A DNA stretch of 64,000 nucleotides from Acidimicrobiia bacterium (GCA_036521915.1 DATDGU010000111.1:966-64965); one strand, 5' to 3'; positions 28,945 through 41,053 are shown, counted from the first letter of the stretch. Program-made: numbers and translations. The notes: generated by a model from the letters alone, not told the origin.

Positions 28945-30750
28945 GTGACCGCCACCGACGTCGACCGCTCCGCGAGCGACGTTGCCTGGGATCTCGAGCC
29001 GCTCGTCGACGGGCGGGGCGAAGCCGGGGTCGACGAGCTCCTCGAGGACGCCGGGCGGCGCGCCGACGCGCTCGCCGACTACCGGGGCCGGCTCGGCGAC
29101 CTCGACGTGGCCGGCACGGCGACGCTGCTCCACGAGCTGGCCGCCATCACCGAGAGGATCGGGCGGGCTGGGTCCTACGCCGGGCTGCGCTTCGCGGTCG
29201 ACACGAGCGACCCGGCCCGCGGCGCGCTGCTCGCCAAGGTGGAGGAGCGCGCGACCGCGATCTCCAACGAGCTGATCTTCGTCGAGCTGGAGTGGGCTGC
29301 GGCGTCCGACGAGCACGTGGCGGCGATCCTCGGCGACCCCGCGCTCGACTTCTGTCGCCACCATCTCCGGTCGGTGCGCCGCTATCGCCCGCATCTGCGC
29401 TCCGAGCCCGAGGAGCGGATCCTCGCCGACAAGGCGGTGACCGGCGCGAGCGCCTGGTCGCGGCTGTTCAGCGAGCAGACGGCGGAGCTGACCGTCGAGC
29501 TCGACGACGGACCGGCGAGCCTCGAGGAGGGGCTCTCGCGCCTGCAGGCGCCCGACCGCGACATGCGCCGCGCCGCCGCCGAGGCAGTCACGGTCTCGCT
29601 CGGTCCCGGTCTGCGCACCCGCGCGTTCATCTTCAACACGCTGCTCGCCGACAAGGCGAGCGACGACCGGATCCGCGACTACCCCGACTGGCTGGCGAGC
29701 CGCAACCTCGACAACGAGGCGAGCGACGGGTCGGTGCAGGCGCTCGTCGACGCGGTGGTGCACCGCTACGACATCCCGCAGCGCTGGTACGCGCTGAAGG
29801 CGCGGCTAATCGGGGTGGACCGGATCGCGGACTACGACCGGATGGCGTCGATCGCCGCGGAGGACGAGACGATCGGCTGGTCCGGCGCGCAGGCCCTCGT
29901 CCTCGACGCGTACGGCTCGTTCTCCTCGGAGCTCGCCGACGTGGTGCGCCAGTTCTTCGCGGAGCCGTGGATCGACGCGCCCCTGCGCCCCGGGAAGCGG
30001 CCCGGCGCCTTCTGCGCGTACACCGTCCCGTCGCTGCACCCCTACGTGCTCCTGAACTGGACGGGACGCCGGCGCGACGCGCTCACCCTCGCCCACGAGC
30101 TCGGGCACGCCCTCCACGCCTACCTGGCACGCGGGCAGGGCATCTTCCACCAGTCGACCCCGCTGACCCTCGCCGAGACGGCGTCGGTGTTCGGCGAGAC
30201 GGTCACGTTCGGCCGCCTGCTCGCCGACACGACCGATCCCGATGCCCGGCTCGCGCTGCTCGCCGAGAGCCTCGAGGGCCAGATCGCGACCGTGTTCCGC
30301 CAGATCGCCATGAACCGCTTCGAGGACCGCGTCCACACCGCGCGCCGCCTGGAGGGCGAGCTCTCCGTCGACCGCTTCGGCGAGTGCTGGATCGACACCC
30401 AGGCCGCGATGCTCGGCGACGCGGTCGAGCTCACCGACGGCTACCGGACGTGGTGGTCGTACATCCCGCACTTCATCGGGACGCCCGGCTACGTGTACGC
30501 CTACGCGTACGGGCAGCTCCTCGCGCTCTCCGTCTACCGGGAGTACGAGCGCCAGGGCGCCGCGTTCGTGCCCGCGTACCTCGAGCTGCTCAGCCGCGGC
30601 GGGTCCGACACCCCCGAGGCGCTCGGGCGCATCGTCGGCGTCGATCTTGCCGACCCCGGCTTCTGGGACGGCGGGCTCGCGATCATCGACGAGCAGCTCG
30701 CCGCGGCGGAGGCGGCCGCCGAGGCCGCGGGACGGCTCCCGACGCGCTAG
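28945..30750 (+). CDS. pepF: M3-family oligoendopeptidase (PepF-like)
   Basis: 601 aa. Has the zinc motif HELGHALH and a downstream glutamate region ETASVFGE. Confidence 0.85.
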   Translation: MTATDVDRSASDVAWDLEPLVDGRGEAGVDELLEDAGRRADALADYRGRLGDLDVAGTATLLHELAAITERIGRAGSYAGLRFAVDTSDPARGALLAKVEERATAISNELIFVELEWAAASDEHVAAILGDPALDFCRHHLRSVRRYRPHLRSEPEERILADKAVTGASAWSRLFSEQTAELTVELDDGPASLEEGLSRLQAPDRDMRRAAAEAVTVSLGPGLRTRAFIFNTLLADKASDDRIRDYPDWLASRNLDNEASDGSVQALVDAVVHRYDIPQRWYALKARLIGVDRIADYDRMASIAAEDETIGWSGAQALVLDAYGSFSSELADVVRQFFAEPWIDAPLRPGKRPGAFCAYTVPSLHPYVLLNWTGRRRDALTLAHELGHALHAYLARGQGIFHQSTPLTLAETASVFGETVTFGRLLADTTDPDARLALLAESLEGQIATVFRQIAMNRFEDRVHTARRLEGELSVDRFGECWIDTQAAMLGDAVELTDGYRTWWSYIPHFIGTPGYVYAYAYGQLLALSVYREYERQGAAFVPAYLELLSRGGSDTPEALGRIVGVDLADPGFWDGGLAIIDEQLAAAEAAAEAAGRLPTR

Positions 30751-30979
30751 CCGTTGCCGCGCGACGCCCGCCCACGCGGCGCGGCGACTCGCGGTATCCA
30801 CTGACGGTGGCCGCGATCAGCGCGAGCGCCGAACTTCTCGAACTTCTCGACTGACCCGACGCGCGCGGGCGACGACACGATCACGTCGCGCGTGCGTCGA
30901 CGGTCACCCACCCACCATGGCGGACGGGCCGTCGTCGCGAGGCAGAGCCGCGAACGCGCCGAACGTATAGTCGGAGGCG

Positions 30980-31231
30980 ATGCCCGGGCTTGTCCCAGTA
31001 CCCGCGCGACGGCTGGACGACCGCCCGAAAGTTCGGGCCTGGGTGAAGTCTGTCTCCTGGCGCATCTGGGCGATCGTCGTCCTGGGGGTCCTTGGCTGGA
31101 TCATCACGGGATCGGCGGTGCAGACAACGGCGATCACCCTGATCTACAACGCTGTGCAGATCCCCGCCTTCTACGTCCATGAGCGATGGTGGGAACGTCA
31201 CCGGGACGTCGCCGTGGTTCGAAGGAAGTAG
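30980..31231 (+). CDS. DUF2061-type small membrane protein
   Basis: 83 aa. Has KSVSWRIWAIVVLGVLGWIITG and a second helix TAITLIYNAVQIPAFYVHERWW. Confidence 0.65.
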   Translation: MPGLVPVPARRLDDRPKVRAWVKSVSWRIWAIVVLGVLGWIITGSAVQTTAITLIYNAVQIPAFYVHERWWERHRDVAVVRRK

Positions 31232-31413
31232 CGCGGGCCGGCGTGCCGAACCGCTCCGGCCCCGTCCTGCGTGCACGAGCGGCAGGAAGGTGTCGAGCAG
31301 CGCACGCGTGCGGTCGGGGAGGTGAGCAGCGGGTCCTCGTGCGAATGCTCGTGATGGCCCCGTCTCGCATGGAGCCACGCTGGGGTCCCGGCAGGTTGGT
31401 GCCTGCGTGGCGC

Positions 31414-32343
31414 TCACGCCGGAGCGGCGCGGTGGTCGTCGAGCACGAGGTCGATGAGCTCGCGGGCCCCGAGGCGCCATCCGAACCGGCGCCTGGTGGC
31501 ATCGAGGTCGAGGTGCCCCTGCTGGGCTTGGGCGAGGGTGATGACCGCCTTCCAGAGCGCCCACCCGCGGGCGCGAGCCCACGTCGCGTCGTCGAGGGCC
31601 AGGGTGTCGCGAAACGTCGTTCGGGCTTCGTTGGTGCAGCCCGTCCACGCGAACACGAGATCGCACGCCGGGTCACCCACGGCGGCACATCCGAAGTCGA
31701 TCACCGCCTGCAAGCGCCCGCCGGCGACGATGAGGTTCGAGGCGGCCACGTCGCCGTGGACCCACACCGGTGACCGGCCCCAGGTGCTGGCGACGGCCGT
31801 GTCCCAGACCGCTGTGGCGGTGTCGGCGTCGATGTCGTCGGTGAGGCGGCGGATCGAGCCACGTGCCTGCGCGTCGTAGGTGTCGAGCGGGCCGCCGCGC
31901 CAGAAGTTGTGGGCACCGGCTGGTGGTCCGCCGCTCGGGTCGATGGCGTAGAGCGCGCGCAGGAACCCGGCCAGCTGCGAAGCGAGGGCCGGGAGGCCCG
32001 CGACGGGCGCGTGGCTCGCGGGCTCGCCCTCGATCCAGCGGTAGATCGACCAGGCCCGTGGGAAGTCGACGTCGGGCTGACCGATCGCGACCGGCTCGGG
32101 GATCGGGAGCGGAAGCTGGCGAGCGAGCACGGGGAGCCAGTGCTGCTCCTTCGCGACTTGGGCTTCGTACGCGTCGGCGCTGGGCAGCCGGATGGACAGG
32201 TCGTCGCCGAGGCGGAAGGTGGTGTTGTCCCACCCGTCGAGGGCGACCGGCCGGATCGGCAGGTCGGACCAGTGGGGAAACTGCGTCGCGACGAGGTGCG
32301 CCGCGAGCGCTGGGGTGAGGTGCGCCTTGCTGATGGCGGCGAT
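31414..32343 (-). CDS. Aminoglycoside/APH-family phosphotransferase (5' end unresolved)
   Basis: Has VWVHGDVAASNLIV and VIDFG kinase motifs. The N-lobe LVATQFPHWSDLPIRPVALDGWDNTTFRLGDDLSIRLP is in-frame upstream of the first GTG (32130). No ATG, GTG or TTG is available there; ATC at 32343 or 32334 are possible starts. Confidence 0.7.
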   Translation of the reverse strand: MAAISKAHLTPALAAHLVATQFPHWSDLPIRPVALDGWDNTTFRLGDDLSIRLPSADAYEAQVAKEQHWLPVLARQLPLPIPEPVAIGQPDVDFPRAWSIYRWIEGEPASHAPVAGLPALASQLAGFLRALYAIDPSGGPPAGAHNFWRGGPLDTYDAQARGSIRRLTDDIDADTATAVWDTAVASTWGRSPVWVHGDVAASNLIVAGGRLQAVIDFGCAAVGDPACDLVFAWTGCTNEARTTFRDTLALDDATWARARGWALWKAVITLAQAQQGHLDLDATRRRFGWRLGARELIDLVLDDHRAAPA

Positions 32344-32404
32344 CTTGGCTCGATCGCGGTGGGTCTCGTCCTGATTTTGCGGACGCGACGGGGGCGAGAC
32401 CCGA

Positions 32405-34087
32405 TCAGAACCGCGCGAGCTCGCCTTCGAGCTGGTCGAGGCCCATGGGACCGAGGTCGAGCGCGTAGGCGTGGAACGCCTTGAGGTCGAAGTCCGCGCC
32501 GTGGCGGCGGCGGGCGTCGTCGCGGGCGCGTAGCCACACGCGCTCGCCGACCTTGTAGCAGATGGCCTGTCCGGGCAGGCCGAGGTAGCGGTCGACCTCG
32601 CTTGCCATGAAGTCGGCGGGGAAGCGGCTGCGCTCGATCACGAACGGCAGCGCGAGCTCCGGCGTCCAGCGCTCACCGGGGTGGTACTTCTCGTGGCTCG
32701 GGATGGTGAGCTCGAGGTGCAGCCCGATGTCGACGACGACGCGCACGGCGCGCATCGCCTGGGCGCGCAGCATCCCGAGCTCGAACGCCGGGTCGTCGAG
32801 GTAGCCGAGCTCGCCCATGAGCCGTTCCGCATACAGGGCCCAGCCCTCGGCGTGGCCCGCGTTGCCGGCGAGGGTGCGCTGGAAGCGGGTGAGCTTCTCG
32901 GCGAGGTAGCGCACGGTGCCGATCTGGAGGTGATGGCCGGGGACGCCCTCGTGGTAGCAGATGCTGACCTCGCCCCAGAGGGGGAAGGACGTGCGGCCGA
33001 GCGTGGGGTACCAGGTGCGGCCGGGGCGGCTGAAGTCCTCCGACGGGCCCGTGTAGTACATCGCCGCGGCGCCGCCCGGCGGGGCGATCATCGCTTCGAC
33101 GCGACGGACCGGCTCGGGGATGTCGAAGTGGGTGCCGTCGAGCTCCGCGACGGTCCGGTCGAGCAGGTCCTGGAGCCAGGCCTGGAACGCGTCGACCCCC
33201 TCGATCGTGCGGCTCGGGTCGTGCTCGAGGAACTCGATCACCGCGGGGATCGACTCGCCGGCGAGGATGCGGTCGCCGACGCTCGACATGGCCGCCTCGA
33301 TGCGCGCCAGCTCGCTCCAGCCCCAGTCGTAGGTCTCCCGGTAGTCGAGCGTGGTGCCGGTGAACGCCCGCGCCATGCGCGCGTACCGCTCGGCGCCGAC
33401 CGCGTCCTGGTCGGTCGCGGCGGGCCCGTACTCCTCGACGAGGTACCGGCCGAGCGACGCGTAGGCGGTGGTGGCGCGGTGCGCCACGTCCTCGAGCCGG
33501 GCCCGCAGCGCGGGCACGTCGAGGCCGCTCGCGTCGAACTGCTCGACGAGCCCGAGGAAGAAGGGGGTCGCCCCGCGCTTGAGGCCGCCCCACGTGTCGG
33601 CCTGCTCGGCGCAGGCCACGACCTGGCGGCGCGCCGCCGGGAGGCCCTCGCGTGCGCCTTCGGTCAGCGCGTCCTGAAACGACGACAGCGCCTGGGGGAC
33701 GGCGGCGGCCCGGGCCGCAACGGCGTCCCAGTCCTCCTCGGTGTCGCGAGGCATGAGGTCGAACACCATGCGGATCGACGACACCGGGCTGTCGATCACC
33801 CGGAGCGCCCGGAGGGGCTCGCCGGCCTCGACGAGCTCCACGTCGAGCTCGAGGGAGCGGCGCATCACCTCGGCGGCGACCCGGTCACCGTCCGTGGTCG
33901 CCTCGAGCCGGGAGAGCTCGTGGAGGGTGGCGCGGTCGTGGGCGAGGCGCTCGGCGATGCCGTCGGGCGAATAGTCGGTGAGGCGGTCGTCGTGGCCGGG
34001 CAGGCCCTCGAACGTGGCGGCGACCGGGTCGAGGGCGGCGGCCCGCTCGACGTACGTGTCGGCCAGCTCGGCGATGGCGCTGCTCAT
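32405..34087 (-). CDS. DUF885 family protein
   Basis: 560 aa from ATG 34087 with a GGGAGG RBS. Has the hallmark YHEGVPGHHLQ motif. Confidence 0.8.
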   Translation of the reverse strand: MSSAIAELADTYVERAAALDPVAATFEGLPGHDDRLTDYSPDGIAERLAHDRATLHELSRLEATTDGDRVAAEVMRRSLELDVELVEAGEPLRALRVIDSPVSSIRMVFDLMPRDTEEDWDAVAARAAAVPQALSSFQDALTEGAREGLPAARRQVVACAEQADTWGGLKRGATPFFLGLVEQFDASGLDVPALRARLEDVAHRATTAYASLGRYLVEEYGPAATDQDAVGAERYARMARAFTGTTLDYRETYDWGWSELARIEAAMSSVGDRILAGESIPAVIEFLEHDPSRTIEGVDAFQAWLQDLLDRTVAELDGTHFDIPEPVRRVEAMIAPPGGAAAMYYTGPSEDFSRPGRTWYPTLGRTSFPLWGEVSICYHEGVPGHHLQIGTVRYLAEKLTRFQRTLAGNAGHAEGWALYAERLMGELGYLDDPAFELGMLRAQAMRAVRVVVDIGLHLELTIPSHEKYHPGERWTPELALPFVIERSRFPADFMASEVDRYLGLPGQAICYKVGERVWLRARDDARRRHGADFDLKAFHAYALDLGPMGLDQLEGELARF

Positions 34088-34187
34088 GGTGCCTCCCGAG
34101 GGTGGTGGAGCGCGCGCCGGGCCGGGTGGTCTGCGACGCGAAGCGCAACGTATCGGAGCACGCCGGGCGGTATGGCACGATCCGGGC

Positions 34188-35018
34188 GTGACCCGCCTGG
34201 CCGACGCGCACGTGCTCGTGACGGGCGGCTCGAGCGGCATCGGCCTCGAGACGGCGCGCCGGGCGCTGGCCCGCGGCGCCCGCGTCTCGATCGTCGCCCG
34301 GGACGTCGGGCGGCTCACCCGGGCCCGCGACGACCTGGAGCGGGCGGGCGGTGACGGCACCCGCGTGGCCGCCGAGCCGGCCGACGTCACCGACCCGGCG
34401 CGCCTCGCCGACGCGTTGGGGCTGCTCACGACCCAGCTCGGCCCGGTTGACGTGCTCGTCACGAGCGCGGGCTCCGCCTCCCCGGGCCACTTCGAGGCCC
34501 TGGCGACCGAGGTGTTCGACGAGCAGATGGCGCTCGACTACTTCGGGACGCTGCACACCATCCGGGCGGTCGTGCCGTCGATGATCGAGCGGCGCCGGGG
34601 CCACCTGCTGCTCGTGTCGTCGACCATCGGGCTCGTCGGCGTGTACGGCTACTCGGCGTACGCGCCGGCGAAGTTCGCGGTGCGGGGGCTCGCCGAGACG
34701 CTGCGCGCCGAGCTGAAGCCGCACGGGATCGTCGTCGCGTGCGCCTACCCGCCCGACACGGACACGCCCGGCCTCGCCCGCGAGAACGAGCAGAAGCCGG
34801 AGGCCACGGCGCGGATCTCGGCGACGGTGAAGGTGCGCTCGCCCGCCGCGGTGGCGGCGTCGATCGTGCGGGGGATCGAGAAGGACCGGCTGATCGTCAC
34901 CGCCGACCCGGGGACGGCGATCCTGGCGCGCGCCGCGGGGCTGCTCGGCCCGTACCTGCGAGCGTCGTTCGACCGCCACGTCCGCAAGGCCGACGGATCG
35001 AGCAGCGGGACGGCGTAG
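34188..35018 (+). CDS. SDR family oxidoreductase
   Basis: Has VTGGSSGIG, the catalytic YAPAKFA, and a GTG start at 34188. Confidence 0.8.
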   Translation: MTRLADAHVLVTGGSSGIGLETARRALARGARVSIVARDVGRLTRARDDLERAGGDGTRVAAEPADVTDPARLADALGLLTTQLGPVDVLVTSAGSASPGHFEALATEVFDEQMALDYFGTLHTIRAVVPSMIERRRGHLLLVSSTIGLVGVYGYSAYAPAKFAVRGLAETLRAELKPHGIVVACAYPPDTDTPGLARENEQKPEATARISATVKVRSPAAVAASIVRGIEKDRLIVTADPGTAILARAAGLLGPYLRASFDRHVRKADGSSSGTA

Positions 35019-35031
35019 CGATAGCGTCGAC

Positions 35032-36426
35032 GTGATGGCCGAGACGCGCACCGAGACGGACAGCATGGGCCCGATGGAGGTGCCCGCCGACCGCTACTGG
35101 GGGGCGCAGACCGAGCGGTCGCTGCACCACTTCTCGATCGGCGACGAGCGCATGCCGCGCCCGGTGATTCGCGGGATGGCGATCCTGAAGAAGGCGGCGG
35201 CGCTCACGAACCGCGAGCTGGGGACCCTCGCGAACGACAAGGCGGACCTCATCGTCGCCGCGGCCGACGAGATCCTCGACGGGGGTCTCGCCGACGAGTT
35301 CCCGCTGTTCGTGTGGCAGACGGGCAGCGGCACCCAGACGAACATGAACGTGAACGAGGTGATCGCCAACCGGGCGATCGAGCTCGCCGGCGGGAAGCGG
35401 GGGAGCAAGGACCCAGTCCACCCCAACGACGACGTGAACCGCTCCCAGTCGTCGAACGACACGTTCCCGACGGCGATGCACATCGCCGCCGCCGAGGAGC
35501 TCGTCCACCGGCTGATCCCGGCGGTGCGGGCGCTGCGCGACGCGCTGGACGCCAAGGCGACGGAGTTCGCCGAGATCGTCAAGATCGGCCGGACCCACCT
35601 CCAAGACGCCGTCCCGCTCACGCTCGGCCAAGAGTTCTCCGGGTACGTGGCGCAGCTCGACGCCGACCTCGGGCGGCTCGACGCCGCGCTGCCCGGTCTC
35701 TACGAGCTCGCGATCGGCGGCACCGCGGTCGGCACCGGCCTCAACACGCCCCCCGAGTTCGCCGAGCGAGTCGCCGCATCGATCGCGAAGCTCACCGGGC
35801 TGCCGTTCGTGTCGGCACCGAACAAGTTCGCAGCGCTGGCGGCCCATGACGCGCTCGTGCACGCCAGCGGGGCGCTGCGCACCCTCGCCGTGTCGTGCAT
35901 GAAGATCGCGAACGACATCCGCTGGCTCGCGTCCGGCCCGCGGGCCGGCCTCGGCGAGCTCATCCTGCCCGAGAACGAGCCGGGCTCCTCGATCATGCCG
36001 GGCAAGGTGAACCCGACCCAGAGCGAGGCGCTCACGATGGTCTGCACGCAGGTCATCGGCAACGACGTGACCGTCGGGCTCGCCGGGTCGCAGGGCAACT
36101 TCGAGCTCAACGTCTTCAAGCCGGTGATGATCCTCAACGTGCTGCAGTCGAGCGCGCTGCTCACCGACGCGCTGACGAACTTCCGGCGCTTCGCCGTCGA
36201 GGGCGTGCAACCCAACACCGAGCGAATCGCGGAGCATGTCGCGAACTCGCTCATGGTCGTCACCGCGCTGAACCCGCACCTCGGCTACGACAAGTCGGCC
36301 GAGATCGCCAAGCACGCCCACCACCACCGGACCACGCTCCGGGAGGCGGCGGTCGCGCTCGGCCACCTCACCGCCGAGGAGTTCGACCGTCTGGTCCGCC
36401 CGGAGCGCATGACCCGGCCCTCCTGA
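35032..36426 (+). CDS. fumC: Class II fumarate hydratase
   Basis: 464 aa. Has the signature [16 protein letters not shown] and [10 protein letters not shown]. Confidence 0.96.
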   Translation: MMAETRTETDSMGPMEVPADRYWGAQTERSLHHFSIGDERMPRPVIRGMAILKKAAALTNRELGTLANDKADLIVAAADEILDGGLADEFPLFVWQTGSGTQTNMNVNEVIANRAIELAGGKRGSKDPVHPNDDVNRSQSSNDTFPTAMHIAAAEELVHRLIPAVRALRDALDAKATEFAEIVKIGRTHLQDAVPLTLGQEFSGYVAQLDADLGRLDAALPGLYELAIGGTAVGTGLNTPPEFAERVAASIAKLTGLPFVSAPNKFAALAAHDALVHASGALRTLAVSCMKIANDIRWLASGPRAGLGELILPENEPGSSIMPGKVNPTQSEALTMVCTQVIGNDVTVGLAGSQGNFELNVFKPVMILNVLQSSALLTDALTNFRRFAVEGVQPNTERIAEHVANSLMVVTALNPHLGYDKSAEIAKHAHHHRTTLREAAVALGHLTAEEFDRLVRPERMTRPS

Positions 36427-36550
36427 CCGGCCGGGCCGGCGGGGCCGGCCCGACGGGCCGCCAATCGTGAGGCGGATGGTCGGGAATGCGCCGCCCACTC
36501 CGGTGGTTGGTTCGCGTAATCAAGTAATCGGATCGGTTGAGAGGTGTCCC

Positions 36551-38896
36551 ATGGCAGATGTGAGCCCCTCCGTGGAGCAGCGAGTGGTCCTGCCCCTGCT
36601 GCCCTTGAGCACCGGGGTGGTCCTGCCCCAGATGGTCGTGACGCTGGCCCTCGAGAGTGACGAGGCCCGCCAGGCGTCGGACGCGGCCGCCGAGGGCGAG
36701 GGGCTCGTGCTCCTCGTGCCGCGGGTCGAGGGCCGCTACGCCCGGGTCGGGACGATCGCCCGGGTCGAGAGCGCCGGCGACCTGCCGACCGGGGTCCGGG
36801 CCCTGGTCCTGCGTGGCCTGGCCCGCGCCGTGGTCGGCGTGGGCGTGCCGGGCCGCGGGCCGGCCCTGTGGGTCGAGGCGGAGCCCGTCGCCGAGGCGGG
36901 AAATCCCACCCCGCGGACGCGCGAGCTCGCCACCGAGTACCGGGCGCTGGTCAGCGAGATCGCGACGCGGCTGCGCGCCGGGCGTCTCTCGGAGGCGCTG
37001 CAGGGCGTGAGCGAGCCGGGTGCGCTGGCCGACACGGCCGGCTGGTGGCCGGACCTGTCGATCGAGCGCAAGGTCGAGCTGCTCGAGACCCTCGACGTCG
37101 AGGCGCGCCTCGCGGCGGTCGTCGGCTGGGCGCGTGAGGCGCTCGCCGAGCTCGAGGTGGCCGACAAGATCCGCTCCGAGGTGACCGACGGGATGGAGGC
37201 CCAGCAGCGCGAGTTCTTGCTGCGCCGCCAGCTCGACGCGATCAAGAAGGAGCTGGGCGACGGCGACGGGGACCTCGTCGCGGAGTACCGCGCCAAGCTC
37301 GACGAGCGCGACCTGCCGGACGCGGTCCGGGAGGCGGCGACTCGCGAGCTGGACCGGCTCGAGCGCACGAGCGACCAGAGCCCCGAGCACGGCTGGATCC
37401 GCAGCTGGCTCGACACGCTGCTCGAGGTGCCGTGGGGCGAACGCTCCACCGACAACCTCGACGTGGCCGAGGCGCGCCGCATCCTCGACGCGGACCACAC
37501 CGGGCTGAGCGACGTGAAGGACCGCATCGTCGAGTTCCTCGCGGTGCGTGCCCTGCGCGCCCAGCGCGGGCTGACCGAGACGAGCGGACGGGGCGCGGGC
37601 GCGATCCTGGCGCTCGTCGGCCCGCCCGGCGTCGGCAAGACCTCGCTTGGCGAGTCGGTGGCGCGTGCCCTGGGACGCCCGTTCACGCGGGTGGCGCTCG
37701 GCGGCGTCCACGACGAGGCCGAGATCCGCGGTCACCGGCGCACCTACGTCGGCGCGCGGCCGGGCCGGATCGTGCGGGCGCTGACCGAGGCCGGGACCAT
37801 GAACCCGGTCATCGTGCTCGACGAGGTCGACAAGCTCGGGGCCGACTGGCGGGGCGACCCGTCCTCGGCGCTGCTCGAGGTGCTCGACCCGGCGCAGAAC
37901 CACACGTTCCGGGACAACTACCTCGAGGTCGACCTCGACCTCTCCCAGGTGCTGTTCCTCGCGACCGCGAACCTGGCCGAGACGATCCCGGGTCCGCTGC
38001 TGGACCGCCTCGAGGTCATCCACTTGGACGGCTACACCGAGGACGAGAAGGTGGCGATCGCCCGCGATCACCTGCTGGCCCGCCAGCTCGAGCGCAACGG
38101 GTTGCGCGCCGACGACGTGGTGGTCGACGACGACGCCTTGCGGCGCATCGTCGTCGACTACACCCGGGAGGCGGGTGTGCGGAGCCTCGAGCGCGAGCTC
38201 GGCAAGCTGCTGCGCAAGGTCGCGGCGCGCGTCGTGAGCGGCGAGGCGACACCGCCCGTCACGATCGACGACGCCGCGGTGACCGAGGCGCTCGGCCGGA
38301 CGCGCTTCTTCCCGGAGCTGGCCGGACGGGCCGTCGCGCCCGGTGTGGCGACCGGCCTCGCGGTGACCGGCGCGGGTGGCGACGTGCTCTTCATCGAGGC
38401 CACGGGCATGGAGGGCGACGCCGGCCTGACCCTGACGGGCCAGCTCGGTGACGTCATGAAGGAGTCGGCCCAGATCGCCCTCTCCTACGTGCAGGGACAC
38501 GCCGACGAGCTCGGTGTCGACACGTCGACGCTGCCGCGGCGCTTCCACGTGCACGTGCCCGCGGGCGCGATCCCGAAGGACGGGCCGTCCGCCGGCGTCA
38601 CGATGACGACCGCGCTCGCCAGCCTGGTGACCGGCCGCCCGGTGCGCCCCGAGGTCGGCATGACCGGCGAGGTCACGCTGCAGGGACGCGTGCTGCCGAT
38701 CGGCGGCGTGAAGCAGAAGGTCCTCGCGGCGAAGCGGGCCGGCCTGACGACGGTCATCCTCCCGTCCCGCAACGGGCCGGACCTCGAGGATGTGCCCGCC
38801 GCAGTGCGCGACGAGCTCGACTTCGTCCTGGTGGACGACGTCGCCGAGGTGCTCGACCGGGCGCTGCTCCCGGTCGAGCAGGCGCAGGCCGCCTGA
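36551..38896 (+). CDS. lon: ATP-dependent Lon protease
   Basis: Has a LON N-domain, Walker [10 protein letters not shown] and the proteolytic PKDGPSAG serine. The ATG at 36551 is preferred over the ORF start at 36467. Confidence 0.93.
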   Translation: MADVSPSVEQRVVLPLLPLSTGVVLPQMVVTLALESDEARQASDAAAEGEGLVLLVPRVEGRYARVGTIARVESAGDLPTGVRALVLRGLARAVVGVGVPGRGPALWVEAEPVAEAGNPTPRTRELATEYRALVSEIATRLRAGRLSEALQGVSEPGALADTAGWWPDLSIERKVELLETLDVEARLAAVVGWAREALAELEVADKIRSEVTDGMEAQQREFLLRRQLDAIKKELGDGDGDLVAEYRAKLDERDLPDAVREAATRELDRLERTSDQSPEHGWIRSWLDTLLEVPWGERSTDNLDVAEARRILDADHTGLSDVKDRIVEFLAVRALRAQRGLTETSGRGAGAILALVGPPGVGKTSLGESVARALGRPFTRVALGGVHDEAEIRGHRRTYVGARPGRIVRALTEAGTMNPVIVLDEVDKLGADWRGDPSSALLEVLDPAQNHTFRDNYLEVDLDLSQVLFLATANLAETIPGPLLDRLEVIHLDGYTEDEKVAIARDHLLARQLERNGLRADDVVVDDDALRRIVVDYTREAGVRSLERELGKLLRKVAARVVSGEATPPVTIDDAAVTEALGRTRFFPELAGRAVAPGVATGLAVTGAGGDVLFIEATGMEGDAGLTLTGQLGDVMKESAQIALSYVQGHADELGVDTSTLPRRFHVHVPAGAIPKDGPSAGVTMTTALASLVTGRPVRPEVGMTGEVTLQGRVLPIGGVKQKVLAAKRAGLTTVILPSRNGPDLEDVPAAVRDELDFVLVDDVAEVLDRALLPVEQAQAA

Positions 38897-38897
38897 C

Positions 38898-39971
38898 CTA
38901 CGAGCTCGAGCCGTGCCCGTCCGGGGACGGCACGACGGACGCGCCGAGCCCGACGCGGGTGAAGTCGATGAGCTCGCCCGGCTCCAGCGGGAAGTGGCAC
39001 GCCACGTAGTGGTTGGGCGCGACCTCGCGCAGCGTCGGCTCCTCGTTCGCGCAGCGCTCCTGCGCCTTCGGGCAGCGGGTCCGGAAGCGGCAGCCGCTCG
39101 GCGGGTGGATCGGGGAGGGGACCTCGCCGCCGAGGACGTGCTCCTCGTCGGGGCGCACGCTCGGGTCCGGCACCGGGATCGCGGCCAGCAGCGCCCCGGT
39201 GTAGGGGTGCGACGGGCTGGCGAAGAGATCCTCGGGCGCGCCGACCTCGCACATCTTCCCGAGGTACATGACGAGCACCCGGTCGCTCACGTTCTTCACG
39301 ACGGCGAGGTCGTGGGCGATGAACACGAGCGTGAGCCCGTAGCGGTGCTTCATGTCCTCGAGCAGGTTGAGGATCTGCGCCTGCACCGACACGTCGAGCG
39401 CGGACACGGGCTCGTCGCAGATGATGAGCTTCGGGTCGGTCACGACCGCCCGGGCGATCGAGATGCGCTGGCACTGGCCGCCGGAGAACTCGTGGGGGCG
39501 ACGCCCGCCGCCCGCCGGGTCGATCCCGACCGCCTCGAGCACCTCGTCCACCTTGGCGTCGCGGTCGTTCTTCGCGCCGATCTCCCAGATGTCGAGGCCC
39601 TCGCTGACGATCTCGCGGATGCGTCGGCGCGGGTTCAGCGACGAGATCGGGTCCTGGAAGATCATCTGGAGCCGGGGCCGCATGCGTCGCAGCGCCTCGC
39701 CGTGCAGCGTCGTGAGGTCGACGCCGTCGAAGCGGACGGTCCCCGCGACCGGCGGCGGGAGCTGCATCACGGCCCGACCGGTCGTCGACTTGCCGCACCC
39801 GGACTCGCCGACGAGCCCGAGCGTCTCGCGGGGCGCGATGTCGAGGCTGACGCCCGAGACGGCGTGCACACGCTCGCCGCTGTGTCCGACCGGGAACTCG
39901 ACGACGAGGTCCTCGACGCGCAGCAGCGTCGCATCCGGGTCGCGGAGGTGGACGGTGCCCGTGCCGGCCAT
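38898..39971 (-). CDS. Peptide ABC transporter ATP-binding protein (OppF/DppF-like)
   Basis: Has Walker [10 protein letters not shown], signature FSGGQCQR, and C-terminal oligopeptide-type Cys motifs. Confidence 0.9.
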   Translation of the reverse strand: MAGTGTVHLRDPDATLLRVEDLVVEFPVGHSGERVHAVSGVSLDIAPRETLGLVGESGCGKSTTGRAVMQLPPPVAGTVRFDGVDLTTLHGEALRRMRPRLQMIFQDPISSLNPRRRIREIVSEGLDIWEIGAKNDRDAKVDEVLEAVGIDPAGGGRRPHEFSGGQCQRISIARAVVTDPKLIICDEPVSALDVSVQAQILNLLEDMKHRYGLTLVFIAHDLAVVKNVSDRVLVMYLGKMCEVGAPEDLFASPSHPYTGALLAAIPVPDPSVRPDEEHVLGGEVPSPIHPPSGCRFRTRCPKAQERCANEEPTLREVAPNHYVACHFPLEPGELIDFTRVGLGASVVPSPDGHGSSS

Positions 39972-41053
39972 CAGTGCCCGCCGGCGACGGCGGCCGCGGG
40001 CACCCGGCCCTCCCGCTCGTTCTTGGCGCGCGCCTCCTGGCCCTCCGGTGTTCCGACGGGGAACCAGCAGCGGAACTGGTGCCCGGCCGTCGGCCCGGCC
40101 CGCAGCGGTGGCTCCTCCTCGAGGCAGCGGTCCTGCACGTAGGGGCAGCGCGGTGCGAACTTGCAGCCGGCGGGCGGGTGCACGAGGTCAGGCGGGCGGC
40201 CCGGGATCGTGTTGAGGCGGACGTGACTGTGCGCGTCGAGCTTGGGGATCGAGGCGAGCAGCGCCTCCGAGTACGGCATCTTCATATCGGCGAACAGCAC
40301 GCCGGTCGGCGCCTCCTCGACGACGCGTCCGGCGTACATGACGGCGACGCGCTCGGCCCGCCCGGCGACGACGCCGAGGTCATGGGTGACGAGGACCATC
40401 GCCATGAAGCGCTCGGCCTGCTGGCCGGCGATGAGGTCGAGGACCTGGGCCTGGACGGTCACGTCGAGGGCGGTCGTGGGCTCGTCGGCGAAGAGCAGCT
40501 TCGGGCCGCAGGCGAGCGCGACGGCGATGCAGACCCGCTGGCGCATGCCGCCCGACAGCTGGTGCGGGTACTCGTTCAGCCGGACGTGCGGCTCCGGGAT
40601 CCGCACCGACGCGAGGAGCGACTCGGCGAGGTCGCCGGCGTAGTCGGGCGTGACGTCGAGGTGCTCGCGGATCGCCTCGGTGATCTGGTTGCCGATCTTC
40701 ATGACCGGGTTCAAGGAGGTCATCGGGTCCTGGAAGATCATCGCCATCTGCGCGCCCCAGTAGTGGCGCATGGCATCGGCGGGAAGCTCGGAGATCTCCT
40801 TGCCCTCGAAGCGCACCGAGCCCTCCCGCTGGAGGCCCCGCTTGGGGAGCAGGTTCATGATCGACCGCGACAGCACCGTCTTGCCCGAGCCGGACTCGCC
40901 GACGATCCCGAGCGTCTTGCCTCGCTCGAGCGTGAGCGACACGCCATCGACGGCGCGCACGACGCCGCGGTCGGTCGAGAAGGAGGTCGTGAGGTCGGTG
41001 ACCTCGAGGAGCGGCCCGCCGTACCCGGACTCCTCGAAGCGGGCGTCGCTCAT
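39971..41053 (-). CDS. Peptide ABC transporter ATP-binding protein (OppD/DppD-like)
   Basis: Starts MSDARFEE. Has Walker [10 protein letters not shown] and signature LSGGMRQR. Confidence 0.9.
   Translation of the reverse strand: MSDARFEESGYGGPLLEVTDLTTSFSTDRGVVRAVDGVSLTLERGKTLGIVGESGSGKTVLSRSIMNLLPKRGLQREGSVRFEGKEISELPADAMRHYWGAQMAMIFQDPMTSLNPVMKIGNQITEAIREHLDVTPDYAGDLAESLLASVRIPEPHVRLNEYPHQLSGGMRQRVCIAVALACGPKLLFADEPTTALDVTVQAQVLDLIAGQQAERFMAMVLVTHDLGVVAGRAERVAVMYAGRVVEEAPTGVLFADMKMPYSEALLASIPKLDAHSHVRLNTIPGRPPDLVHPPAGCKFAPRCPYVQDRCLEEEPPLRAGPTAGHQFRCWFPVGTPEGQEARAKNEREGRVPAAAVAGGH

Noticed and set aside
30831-30848. Tandem duplication GAACTTCTC x2 just after the pepF stop
   Set aside because: There are only two copies of a 9-mer in an intergenic region, with no further structure or repeats elsewhere in the window.
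28275-30854. 859-aa plus-strand ORF overlapping helD and pepF out of frame
   Set aside because: It is extremely Arg/Pro/Gly-rich. The alternative frames carry clear HelD and M3-peptidase motifs.
31232-31413. Gap between the DUF2061 gene and the APH gene, with protein-like strings on the minus strand (…TRALLDTFLPLVHAG…)
   Set aside because: It is too short and has no start or stop context. It may be a gene remnant, but this is not supportable.
36368-38554. 728-aa minus-strand ORF opposite lon
   Set aside because: It is an antisense shadow of lon with no recognisable domains.
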